32,000 nt of DNA from contig JANVYR010000001.1 of the NCBI GenBank assembly GCA_030059665.1, forward strand, positions 407,164 to 439,163, read 5' to 3'. Position 1 is the first letter of the stretch. Every line of letters begins with the position of its first letter. Made by a program: the position numbers and the translations under genes. A model generated the notes under the pieces. That model saw nothing but the letters and a program-made list of their open reading frames with translations. It did not search any database and had not been told where the DNA came from. Positions 17,130 to 25,283 of the stretch are shown here, one piece after another. The DNA comes from Candidatus Calditenuis fumarioli (GTDB taxonomy: Archaea > Thermoproteota > Nitrososphaeria_A > Caldarchaeales > Calditenuaceae).

Positions 17130-18731
17130 TTGATCGGAGGCTCCGAACGCTCTGGGATGCGGTTCGAGGACCTCGTCCTGAGGGCAATCGTCTTCATCGC
17201 TGGTGCGGTGGTCATGGTCGTGGAGCTGGCGGGTGGCAGGGCGATAACCGCGCTCTACGGGAGCTCCGCGGTCGTCTGGGGCGGGGTGATCGGCGTTGTT
17301 TTGACCGCGCTCTCCTCGGGCTACTGGATCGGCGGCCGCCTCTCGGACAGGTTCGACCCGAGGAAGGTGGTGATCGCGATGGCCCTGGTTGGTGGGATCT
17401 ACGTGACGGCCCTCCCGACCGTGACCGCGCTCGCCTCATCCGTATTCAGGTTCGAGCTGCTGGAGGAAAGGATCGGATCGGTCCTGAGCGCTTCGATCGT
17501 GACCGGAGTTCCGTCGCTGCTGTTGGGAGCTGTCGTCCCGGCGGCGGTCAAGCAGATCGGTCAGGGAAGGCAGGAGCTCGGAACGGTCTCTGGTAACGTC
17601 TACGCCCTCTCGACGCTCGGCAGCATCGCGGGCACCTTCGGGACCACATTCTTCCTGTTGCAGTACCTCGAGGTGAACTCGATCTTCCTGCTCTCGGGCC
17701 TGACCCTCTCCGCGATCGGTCTTGTGGGAGCCGTCCGCCACCCGGGGATGCTGAAGGCCGGGGCAATCGCGGTGGTTCTCTCGGTGCTGGTCACCTCCCC
17801 TTCCTTCCTGGTCTGCACCTCCGCGTACATCGGTGACGTGAAGTACGTCGGCGACTCGGCCTACTCCAGGATCGTCGTGGTCGAGAGGGCTGGCACGAGG
17901 CTGCTCTACATCAACGGCCTCCTCCACAGCGGCATGGTCATCGGCGTCCCCGATTCGCTGCCCTTCGCGTACACCAGGTTGTTCGTTCTGGGTCCCCTCA
18001 TCAACGGGAAGACCAGGAACGCCACGGCGCTCTTCATCGGCGGCGGGGGCTTCTCGGGCCCCAAGTTCTTCGCGAGCCATTACCCAGGAATGAGGATAGT
18101 GGCGGTTGAGGTCGACGAGAAGGTGGTGGAGGTGGCCCGCAGGTTCTTCCACCTCGACGAGTTCAGCGACAGGATAGAGGTCGTCGTCATGGACGGGAGG
18201 AGGTATCTGATGGTGACCGATGCGGTTTTCGACGTGGTGGTGCTCGACGCCTACTCCAAGAACTACATACCGTTCCACCTCGCGACGTCCGAGTTCTTCG
18301 GCCTGCTCAGATCGCGGGTCAGGGAGGGTGGCGTGGTCGTCTCGAACGTAATCGCCTCGCTCGCAGGGCCCACATCGGCCATCCTCTGGGCCTACGTCAG
18401 GACCCTCACCCAGCACTTCCCCCACGTCCTGATCGTTCCCGTCTCGAGCGGTGACCCGTATGACGTTCAGAACGTGATCGTGGTCGCGAGCGATGCCCCA
18501 CTTCCGGACACCAGGACCCTGCTCGACCGCGCATCGACCGATCCCGTTGCGTCCCAGCTGGGGCTCGAGGGGCCCATCTCCAGGGCCTTCGTCCCCTCAC
18601 ACGACCTATCTCAGTTTCCGCTGCTCACCGACGGCTACTCGCCCATCGAGAACCTGATGAACCCGGTGACGATGTCCCGCTTCGGGGAGCGTTACACGAC
18701 CGGCCTCGGATCGCCCTCCCTCTGCGCCTGA
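17130..18731 (+). CDS. Membrane-anchored spermidine synthase-like protein (polytopic N-terminal domain fused to an aminopropyl/methyltransferase fold)
   Basis: About 220 aa of hydrophobic helices are followed by LFIGGGGFSG, AVEVDEKVVEVARRFF and VVVLDAYS, which are spermidine synthase family blocks. The likely true start is ATG 17157, about 26 nt downstream of the GTAAATT box. Confidence 0.78.
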   Translation: MIGGSERSGMRFEDLVLRAIVFIAGAVVMVVELAGGRAITALYGSSAVVWGGVIGVVLTALSSGYWIGGRLSDRFDPRKVVIAMALVGGIYVTALPTVTALASSVFRFELLEERIGSVLSASIVTGVPSLLLGAVVPAAVKQIGQGRQELGTVSGNVYALSTLGSIAGTFGTTFFLLQYLEVNSIFLLSGLTLSAIGLVGAVRHPGMLKAGAIAVVLSVLVTSPSFLVCTSAYIGDVKYVGDSAYSRIVVVERAGTRLLYINGLLHSGMVIGVPDSLPFAYTRLFVLGPLINGKTRNATALFIGGGGFSGPKFFASHYPGMRIVAVEVDEKVVEVARRFFHLDEFSDRIEVVVMDGRRYLMVTDAVFDVVVLDAYSKNYIPFHLATSEFFGLLRSRVREGGVVVSNVIASLAGPTSAILWAYVRTLTQHFPHVLIVPVSSGDPYDVQNVIVVASDAPLPDTRTLLDRASTDPVASQLGLEGPISRAFVPSHDLSQFPLLTDGYSPIENLMNPVTMSRFGERYTTGLGSPSLCA

Positions 18732-18764
18732 ACCCACTTCCCGTTACCGACAGGAGAGCCTATA

Positions 18765-19460
18765 TTGACCTCGACAGTTCCGGTTTTGAGGGCCGGTCTG
18801 TTGTCCGCCTTAGGATCGCTGGTCGAGCGCCTCCTCGCGGCCCACGGCATAGTTTACGAGGTCACCAGGAAGGATGGTCTCACCGAGATCAGGTCAGAGA
18901 GGGTAGTCGCCAGGTTCTCGGCCGACGGAGGGTTCTCGGTCTCGTTCCGTGACGGCACCGAGCTGCGCGGAGCCGGCCTTGTGGTGGAGGAGGGTGTGGC
19001 GACGGTGAAGGTCTCCGAGGGCGGCCTGAGCTTCGACTATGCCCACTTCCTGCCGCACATAGAGAAGTGCTCGACGCTGCACGGCCACACGGCCACGGTC
19101 TCCGTCGACGTCACAGGTCCCAAGAGGACCGAGGGGTACGTGATGGACTTCGGCGTCCTGAAGCGATTGGTGAAGTCGGTGATAGACGAGCTGGACCACA
19201 GGATTGTCATCTCGCCGAAGTACGTCAGGGACGTCCGGGACGGCAGGTACCTGATCTCCTTCGATGGACTGGGCGGGAGCTACGACCTCTGGGTCCCCCA
19301 GTCGAGGGTGGCCCTGATCGAGGGCGACTCGACGGTCGAGAACATATCGGCCCACATAGCCCGCAGGCTGATCGAGTCGATCCCTGTAAGGCCCGTGCTG
19401 GTCAGGGTGACCGTGAGCGAGGGCGTGGGGAAGTACGCGGTAGCGGAGCTTCTGCGATGA
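18765..19460 (+). CDS. queD: 6-carboxytetrahydropterin synthase QueD / PTPS-family protein with an N-terminal extension of about 80 aa
   Basis: The PTPS core begins at LSFDYAHFLPHIEKCSTLHGHTATVSVDVTG and continues with GYVMDFGVLK and DHR. The upstream 80 codons are in frame with GC-rich third positions. The annotated TTG start sits in a CTATATT box, so TTG 18786 is an alternative. Confidence 0.78.
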   Translation: MTSTVPVLRAGLLSALGSLVERLLAAHGIVYEVTRKDGLTEIRSERVVARFSADGGFSVSFRDGTELRGAGLVVEEGVATVKVSEGGLSFDYAHFLPHIEKCSTLHGHTATVSVDVTGPKRTEGYVMDFGVLKRLVKSVIDELDHRIVISPKYVRDVRDGRYLISFDGLGGSYDLWVPQSRVALIEGDSTVENISAHIARRLIESIPVRPVLVRVTVSEGVGKYAVAELLR

Positions 19461-20116
19461 GCTCCGTCAGCAGGCTCGGATACCTAGTGCTGCTATCGGG
19501 TGGGATCGACTCGGCTACGGCTCTCTACCTCGTCAGAAGGAACGCCGCGAGGTGCTCGACCCTCTCGATCCTCTACCACCGGAGGAACAGGCGCGAGGCT
19601 GAGGCTGCGAGGGCGATCGCCGAGGCGGCGGGCGTCGAGGAGCACGTAGAGCTCGACCTGGGATTCCTTCGCGAGGCGGTGGACTTGGGCGCCCAGATCA
19701 GGGCAGAGGTCGAGAGCCACGGTGCACCGCTCACCCTCATCCCCTTCAGGAACCTCGTCTTCTACTCCGTCGGCTGCTACTGCGCCTGGATAAGGGGTCT
19801 TGACAGGGTCGTTGCGGGCCACAACGCCGAGGACTCGCAGCTCTTCCCCGACGTCGGCCGGAACCTTCTGAGCAGCTTCAACGAACTGGTCGGGTCGATG
19901 CTGCCGTGGCGCAGGGTTGAGGTCGAGGCCCCTCTGATGGGCTTGAGCAAGCTGGAGGTCGTTAGGCTGGCTCTGGAGCTCGGGGTGCCGCTCGAACTCA
20001 CCTGGAGCTGCTGGAAGGAGGGCGAAGTCCACTGCGGCGTCTGCGAGGGATGCAGGAAGAGGAAGGAGGTCTTCAGGGAGCTGGGCATCAGGGACAGGAC
20101 AGAGTACGCCGAGTGA
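19457..20116 (+). CDS. queC: 7-cyano-7-deazaguanine synthase QueC
   Basis: PP-loop LLSGGIDSATA and the C-terminal zinc cluster CWKEGEVHCGVCEGCRKR. The ATG overlaps the queD stop codon (ATGA). The longer ORF from 19067 is an upstream read-through artefact that overlaps queD in another frame. Confidence 0.9.
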   Translation: MSSVSRLGYLVLLSGGIDSATALYLVRRNAARCSTLSILYHRRNRREAEAARAIAEAAGVEEHVELDLGFLREAVDLGAQIRAEVESHGAPLTLIPFRNLVFYSVGCYCAWIRGLDRVVAGHNAEDSQLFPDVGRNLLSSFNELVGSMLPWRRVEVEAPLMGLSKLEVVRLALELGVPLELTWSCWKEGEVHCGVCEGCRKRKEVFRELGIRDRTEYAE

Positions 20117-20126
20117 GGTCGAGTCG

Positions 20127-21596
20127 TCAGGTGGGCCTCAGCAACCTCACCTTCCTGACCCTCACGGAGGGGCCTCCGAACCACACGGGTATCGCCTGCA
20201 TGGGCTCACCCTTGCCGCAGTAGCCCGCGGTCATCTCCAGGTCCTTGCCTACTGCGTCGATGGAGGAGTAGAGGCCCTTCGTCGTTATCTCGAGGATCGG
20301 TTTGTAAACTGGCTCAGCGAGACGGCCGTTCCTGATCAGGTACGCCTCGACGCCCGTGTAGCGCTGGTTCCACCTCTTGTCGTCGATGTTCCACTCGGAG
20401 TAGGTCTTGATGTAGACGCCGAAGGAGATGCCCTCGATCAGCTCCTCAAGCGAGTGGTCGCCTGGCTTCATGTAGGTGTTCGCCATCCTCACGATGGGCT
20501 CCCGGTCGTAGGCGCTCGCCCTAGATGCGCCGTTGCTCTTGGTTCCGAGGACGGCCGCGGTCTCCCGGTTCTGGAGGAGCTCCCTCAGCACGCCCCGCTC
20601 GATCAGAACCCTCTCCCTCGCCTTGACGCCCTCCTCGTCGTAGAGGTAGAAGCCGTAGGAGCCCGGAAGCGTGGGGTCGTCGACGACCGTGACCGCATCG
20701 GATCCTATCCTGGTACCCAGGAGGTCCGGCTTGATGTAGGTCTCGCCGGCCTGAGCCGCCTCCCTTCCGAGCATCCTATCGGCCTCTCCGGGATGGCCCG
20801 CCGATTCGTGGCAGATCAACCCGACCACCTCTGGTCCGAGGACGACGTCCATCTCACCCTCAGGAGGCGCAATGCCCTTCCGGAGAACCAGGCCAACGGC
20901 CTCCGCGTCCTCCCTCAGGTAGTCGTCGAGCCTCCACCTCTCGAACCCCTCCCACCCCCTGGACTCCCCTAGGTCCTTGTGCCTGAAGATCGACCTGCCG
21001 TCGGAGGCGAGCTGGTAGAAGAAGCTGATTGCGACCCTAGGGATCCAGGAGTAGACGTCGGCACCGTCAGAATTGATGACGTGCTTCTCCGTGTGGCCGC
21101 AGGTGAGGCCGATGAACCTAGATGGCGCCTCCACCCCCGAACTCCGGGCCCCCTCAAGCAGCCCCTGATCAGCGGCCCTCAGCGCCTCCACCCTGTCCTG
21201 GACGTCGACGTGCTCGAACCTCACCCTCGGCCTGACCAGCACTTTGTCTTTCCCGAGGTTTTCCTCGCTCATCTCAATGGGCCTCTTCACGAGCCTCGCC
21301 GATGCCCTTGCCAGCGCCACAGCCCTCTCGACGGCGTTCCTCACCGAGTTCTGCTTCAGCCTGTTGGTGGACGCGAACCCCATCGCGCCGTTGACGATGA
21401 CCCTGACGGCGATGCCCGAGTTGACCGAGCTTCCTCCAGCGACGGGGAAACCGTTCCTGAGGCTCACCTCCTCGTGGTAGTCGAGCTGATACCTCGCCTC
21501 AGCGTAGCTCGCGCCGAGCGAAAGGGCCTTCTCGACCGCCGACCTCAGTAGGTCCTCCGGAGTCCCTCCGCGCTCCTCCTCTCCACGTCTCGCCAC
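20127..21596 (-). CDS. tldD: TldD/PmbA-family metallopeptidase (TldD-like)
   Basis: 489 aa. The HESAGHPGEADR metal-binding motif and the C-terminal GYCGKGEPMQ...VRV block are typical of TldD. Confidence 0.88.
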   Translation of the reverse strand: MARRGEEERGGTPEDLLRSAVEKALSLGASYAEARYQLDYHEEVSLRNGFPVAGGSSVNSGIAVRVIVNGAMGFASTNRLKQNSVRNAVERAVALARASARLVKRPIEMSEENLGKDKVLVRPRVRFEHVDVQDRVEALRAADQGLLEGARSSGVEAPSRFIGLTCGHTEKHVINSDGADVYSWIPRVAISFFYQLASDGRSIFRHKDLGESRGWEGFERWRLDDYLREDAEAVGLVLRKGIAPPEGEMDVVLGPEVVGLICHESAGHPGEADRMLGREAAQAGETYIKPDLLGTRIGSDAVTVVDDPTLPGSYGFYLYDEEGVKARERVLIERGVLRELLQNRETAAVLGTKSNGASRASAYDREPIVRMANTYMKPGDHSLEELIEGISFGVYIKTYSEWNIDDKRWNQRYTGVEAYLIRNGRLAEPVYKPILEITTKGLYSSIDAVGKDLEMTAGYCGKGEPMQAIPVWFGGPSVRVRKVRLLRPT

Positions 21597-21856
21597 CCCG
21601 AGCTCACCTCTTCCGCCATCCTCCTCGCGGTCTCAGTTATGGACTTTGCCCTCTCCAGCATCTCGGAGAGCTCTGGCCTGAGGTCGTCGGGAAGCTCGGG
21701 GTCCTTGAGGGCGTCCAATAGCGCGGCCGTCAGCTCCTCCGCCTTCGATTGGACGAAGTCGAGCCTCGATCCCGACCTGAGGAAAGACTCCAGGAGCTTG
21801 ATCGTCTCGCGCGCCTCCTCGACGAGCCCCGTTAAACTCTTCGCCCGTTCCGGCAT
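21545..21856 (-). CDS. Hypothetical helical protein (103 aa)
   Basis: The ORF has coiled-coil-like composition (ETIKLLESFL, AEELTAALLDAL). It overlaps the tldD start by 52 nt. I recognise no family. Confidence 0.42.
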   Translation of the reverse strand: MPERAKSLTGLVEEARETIKLLESFLRSGSRLDFVQSKAEELTAALLDALKDPELPDDLRPELSEMLERAKSITETARRMAEEVSSGWRDVERRSAEGLRRTY

Positions 21857-21962
21857 CCTCGTCCATCAACTGGAGAGATCACCGTGTAATATGGATTCCC
21901 GGACCAACCGGCCCTTGCAGCAGGACGCACCTACATATCGGCTGAAGCGGTGTTGTCTCAGG

Positions 21963-22712
21963 ATGCGGGAAGGATTCCCGATGGGCCTGGGGAGGGAGGA
22001 GCTCTACGCGATGCTGTACGAGTGCGTGGCGAGGTCGCCCGGTTTCCCCTCCCTCAAGGCGAAGGTCCTCGAGGTGGTGATGAGGAGGCCCTACGTCACG
22101 CAGCAGGAGCTCGCAGCAGCCCTGAACCTCACTCCGGGTCAGGCGCTGATCGCCCTCAGGTCCGTCAGGTTGTGGTGCCATGAGGTCGAGACTGAGGTGA
22201 GGCTCTCCCGCAGGATAACGCCGATCTACCGGAGGGGTGCCATAGGAGGGACCTTCGACAACCTTCACTTGGGCCACTTGGCGCTCCTGAACGCGGCCTT
22301 CAGGTCGGCGGAGCGCGTCTTCATCGGCCTAACCACCGACGACTTCGTCTCCTCAGTTGGGAAGCGCGGCGTCGCGCCCTACCAGGAGAGGAGGGAGGAG
22401 CTCGAGAGGGTGCTGGAGCGGTGGGGTTGGCTGAGCAGGGCCGAGATAGGAGCGCTCTCCGATGAGCTCGGGCCGCCAGCGGAGGATCCGTCGTTCGACG
22501 TCATCATCGGAAGCCCCTTCACGCTCGCCAACTGCCTCAAAGTCAACGCCGTCAGGATCGAGCGCGGCCTGCCGCCGATCGCTGTGGAGTTATCGCCGAT
22601 GGTCCTGGCCGAGGACGGGTTGCCCCTCTCGAGCACGAGGATAAGGGCCGGGGAGGTGGACAGGTATGGGAGGCTCACAGGATCCCGAGCACGAGGAGGA
22701 CCAACAGCGTGA
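21963..22712 (+). CDS. coaD: Phosphopantetheine adenylyltransferase (archaeal/eukaryotic type) with an N-terminal wHTH-like extension of about 85 aa
   Basis: GGTFDNLHLGH ((T/H)xGH nucleotidyltransferase motif), IGLTTDDF, DVIIGSP, AEDGLPLSSTRIRAGEVD. The N-terminal RRPYVTQQELAAALNLTPGQALIALRSV looks like an HTH. The start is taken at Met 21963, with Met 21981 as an alternative. The ORF-track extension back to 21639 is antisense to another ORF. Confidence 0.8.
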   Translation: MREGFPMGLGREELYAMLYECVARSPGFPSLKAKVLEVVMRRPYVTQQELAAALNLTPGQALIALRSVRLWCHEVETEVRLSRRITPIYRRGAIGGTFDNLHLGHLALLNAAFRSAERVFIGLTTDDFVSSVGKRGVAPYQERREELERVLERWGWLSRAEIGALSDELGPPAEDPSFDVIIGSPFTLANCLKVNAVRIERGLPPIAVELSPMVLAEDGLPLSSTRIRAGEVDRYGRLTGSRARGGPTA

Positions 22713-23613
22713 CCGAGGCCGCCGAGAAGGCCCAGAGTCCGCTCGAGCCCGTCAGCCTCTTCATCGCCCAGACCGAGTAAACGACGAGCCAGAGCCAGGA
22801 CGCGACCGACGCCGCGATCGAGACGGGATCCCGGCTGATCGGAGGATAGAACCTGTAGGAGACAAGGGAGTCGTACGTTATCAGGTCGTATTTCGCCATC
22901 ACGAGCTCCGCGTCGCCGATCGTTGTTATCTCGAGCCCTTTCCTGACGCTGACGTCGGACAGCCTCACGACCGGTCTGATAGAGCCCGGTTCTCCCGATC
23001 CGTTTCGAAGGGCTTCATCCCCTCCCTCGACGAACGCTGTGACGCGTTCGGCCCTCAGGATCAGGGCCTCTCCCTCGACGGTCACGTTTCCCTGCTGGAC
23101 CAGCACGTAGGTCACGTTCTCGAGCTTAAGTCCCGTGAGCTCGAACCCTACCACATAGACGTCCCTCTCCGGGAGGGCTACGTTGTACGCGAGCAGGAAT
23201 GCGGATGCGATGCCGACCGCGACGGTTGCATGGAGGACGGCGCTCACCAGCTGCGCCGAGAAGCCCCGGGTGGGTTTGCTGACGTAAACGATCGTCGCCA
23301 AAACGAACATGGTGACGACCGTGCCGATGACGACGTATCCCAGCCCGGAGAACGCAACGTCCCTCGGAGACGTGAACGGGAAGTAGACGCCGCTCAAGAC
23401 CCCGTTGAAGGGGTTGATCCACCTGGTCTTCACGGTCAGGGAGTAGACGTAGGAAAGGGTCGCGACCGCCGATGTTAGCCCGAAGACGAGGAAGGCCCTC
23501 CTCATCCTGACCCCGACCTCGAGCTCCGACGCGAGCCTCCTGGGGTCGAGCACCCCGATGATCTCCGTCCATCGCATCAACTGCCGCCAGCCGCCCGACG
23601 ATAATAACCGCAC
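22675..23613 (-). CDS. Hypothetical polytopic membrane protein
   Basis: Several hydrophobic helices flank a beta-rich segment of about 90 aa. An alternative start, ATG 23577, overlaps the nth stop codon (TGATG). I recognise no family. Confidence 0.6.
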   Translation of the reverse strand: MRLLSSGGWRQLMRWTEIIGVLDPRRLASELEVGVRMRRAFLVFGLTSAVATLSYVYSLTVKTRWINPFNGVLSGVYFPFTSPRDVAFSGLGYVVIGTVVTMFVLATIVYVSKPTRGFSAQLVSAVLHATVAVGIASAFLLAYNVALPERDVYVVGFELTGLKLENVTYVLVQQGNVTVEGEALILRAERVTAFVEGGDEALRNGSGEPGSIRPVVRLSDVSVRKGLEITTIGDAELVMAKYDLITYDSLVSYRFYPPISRDPVSIAASVASWLWLVVYSVWAMKRLTGSSGLWAFSAASVTLLVLLVLGIL

Positions 23614-24344
23614 AGGTCAGAGAGGACGCAACGGTCGCAGAGGGGCCTCCTGCTCCTGCAGACGGAGCGGCCGTGGGCTATCAGGAGGAGGTGGGCCTCG
23701 TACCTCGTCCCGGGTGGGAAGACCTCCTCGAGCCTGCTTTTGATGCGCTCGTAACTCTCCCGCTCACCGACGAGACCGAGCCTCTGGGCTACTCTCCTGA
23801 CGTGGGTGTCGACCGGTATAGTGTCGAGAGTTCCGGTGCTCGAGAGGAGGACGTCGACCGTCTTCGGGCCTATGCCCTTGACCCTCAGAAGCGCTTCCCT
23901 CGCCGCGTCCGGTCCGCTCTCCAGGAGGCCTTTGAGGTCGGGATCTCCAAGCCTCAGCGCCAGCGCAGCGAGCTCCCTTATGGCCCGGGCCTTGGCATCC
24001 GCGAGGCCCGCAACCCTGATCGCACGGGCTATCCTCCTGAGGCCTGCCCTCACGAGGGCCTCGGGGGTCAAACCGACCGACCGCTCCAGCTCGGAGTAGG
24101 CCCTCATCGCTGCCTTATCGGTCGAGTTCTGAGAGAGGATCGTCGCCACGAGGACCCTGAAGGGGGAGCCGGTGGTCAGGTTGACGTAGCTCGAGACGAA
24201 GTCCTCCATTTTCAGCCTGTGAGCGCGCCTGAGCCTCTCGAGGACCTCCTTTCCCAGATCGCCCCCACCCTTGATGGCCCCGCCTATCCCCTCCCCGCTC
24301 ACCCGCCTAGGGCCGCTCGCTCCCCAGATGAACCCTACCGTCAC
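23577..24344 (-). CDS. nth: Endonuclease III (HhH-GPD DNA glycosylase/AP lyase with 4Fe-4S cluster)
   Basis: ILSQNSTDKAA, the HhH GIGPKTVDVLL, VDTHVRRV and the C-x6-C-x2-C-x5-C cluster CRSRRPLCDRCVLSDLC. GTG start. Confidence 0.9.
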   Translation of the reverse strand: MTVGFIWGASGPRRVSGEGIGGAIKGGGDLGKEVLERLRRAHRLKMEDFVSSYVNLTTGSPFRVLVATILSQNSTDKAAMRAYSELERSVGLTPEALVRAGLRRIARAIRVAGLADAKARAIRELAALALRLGDPDLKGLLESGPDAAREALLRVKGIGPKTVDVLLSSTGTLDTIPVDTHVRRVAQRLGLVGERESYERIKSRLEEVFPPGTRYEAHLLLIAHGRSVCRSRRPLCDRCVLSDLCGYYRRAAGGS

Positions 24345-24380
24345 AACGGTTTATGACCGGAGGGTTTCACGGTTTACTAG

Positions 24381-24809
24381 ATGTCGTCCTCGCCCAAGAG
24401 GCTCGAGAGGTCAGATCGGAACAGGGTCATAGCTGGCCTCTTCGGCGGCCTCGGCGAGTACCTGAACGTCGACCCCAACATCCTGCGGCTTGCGGGGGTC
24501 GCCCTCCTGATCGTCGCGCCAGCGGTGACGGTCCTGCTCTACACCATAGGCGTCCTCCTCGTTCCCAAGTCTGGCGGGAAGCCCTACATCGGACCCGAGA
24601 TCGAGATGTCAGCTGTAGGACCAGCGATAGTGGGCGTCGTGCTGGTGTTCCTGGGGACAGCGTTGATGTCGCCGTTCCTCGCAGCGGCCGGAATCTGGTT
24701 CTCCCCCATAACGATCAGGACCACGCTCCTCACCGTCTCGTTCGCTGCCGGTGCGCTCCTCTTCCTCATCGGAGCCGTGATCCTACTCACGCACCTCAGG
24801 AGGCTCTGA
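24381..24809 (+). CDS. PspC domain-containing membrane protein
   Basis: RLERSDRNRVIAGLFGGLGEYLNVDPNILRLAGVALLIV is the PspC-domain signature. It is followed by additional transmembrane helices. Confidence 0.8.
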   Translation: MSSSPKRLERSDRNRVIAGLFGGLGEYLNVDPNILRLAGVALLIVAPAVTVLLYTIGVLLVPKSGGKPYIGPEIEMSAVGPAIVGVVLVFLGTALMSPFLAAAGIWFSPITIRTTLLTVSFAAGALLFLIGAVILLTHLRRL

Positions 24810-24821
24810 GGCCCGAGCGGC

Positions 24822-25283
24822 TCACTCCACTGGCGTCCTCCTCTCCTTCGGTATCTGCGGGTGGACCTTCCCGTCCCTCGAGACCTTCCCGCTCCCCGCG
24901 AAGAGCGGTCCGTGTCGGGCCACCACGAAGCTCGCCTCGGGATCCGCTCCGAGCTCCGAGATGTCTATCGGTTGACCGGACGCCCACCTCTCGAGCTGCG
25001 CGGCGTTGAGCTCGACCACGTTCCTCCTCAACCTCGGACCGAACAGCTGGGATCCCTCGACGGAGAGGTAGAGGCCGAACTTGGTCCGCTTGAGGACGTA
25101 GAGACCCAGAGCCTCCACCTTCCCGATCCGCTGCGCCGTCTCGTACGCCTCCCTGGTGACAGCCCTTACCTTGCCCTCGGAGGCCTCGACGAGGACGAGG
25201 TCCTGCGGAATCTCGTCAATCCCGAACTCCCTCTCCAGCAGCTCCAGCAGGGCCTTCCGGTCAGACCGATCGAGGACCTTCAC
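24822..25283 (-). CDS. Nip7-like pre-PUA/PUA RNA-binding protein
   Basis: 153 aa. The N-terminal alpha/beta half is followed by a C-terminal PUA-like beta segment (ASFVVARHGPLFAGSGKVSRDG). It is GTGA-coupled to the upstream Nop2-like methyltransferase. The assignment rests on pattern resemblance only. Confidence 0.5.
   Translation of the reverse strand: MKVLDRSDRKALLELLEREFGIDEIPQDLVLVEASEGKVRAVTREAYETAQRIGKVEALGLYVLKRTKFGLYLSVEGSQLFGPRLRRNVVELNAAQLERWASGQPIDISELGADPEASFVVARHGPLFAGSGKVSRDGKVHPQIPKERRTPVE

Noticed and set aside
17436-18425. A 329-aa ORF on the - strand.
   Set aside because: It is antisense to the membrane spermidine-synthase-like gene, which has clear motifs and hydrophobic helices. 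The composition is that of a shadow ORF.
19067-19456. A 130-codon 5' extension of the QueC ORF in the track.
   Set aside because: It overlaps the QueD coding frame. The extension is Arg/Gly-rich. QueC-family proteins begin right at the PP-loop region, and an ATG with an ATGA overlap sits at 19457.
21639-21962. A 108-codon 5' extension of the PPAT ORF.
   Set aside because: It is Ser-rich and low in complexity, and it runs antisense to the 21545-21856 ORF. In-frame Met codons at 21963 and 21981 give a sensible HTH-plus-PPAT protein.
22666-23478. A 270-aa + strand ORF.
   Set aside because: It is antisense to the polytopic membrane protein, whose frame shows clear hydrophobic helices. The + frame is Asp/Arg/Pro-rich and low in complexity.
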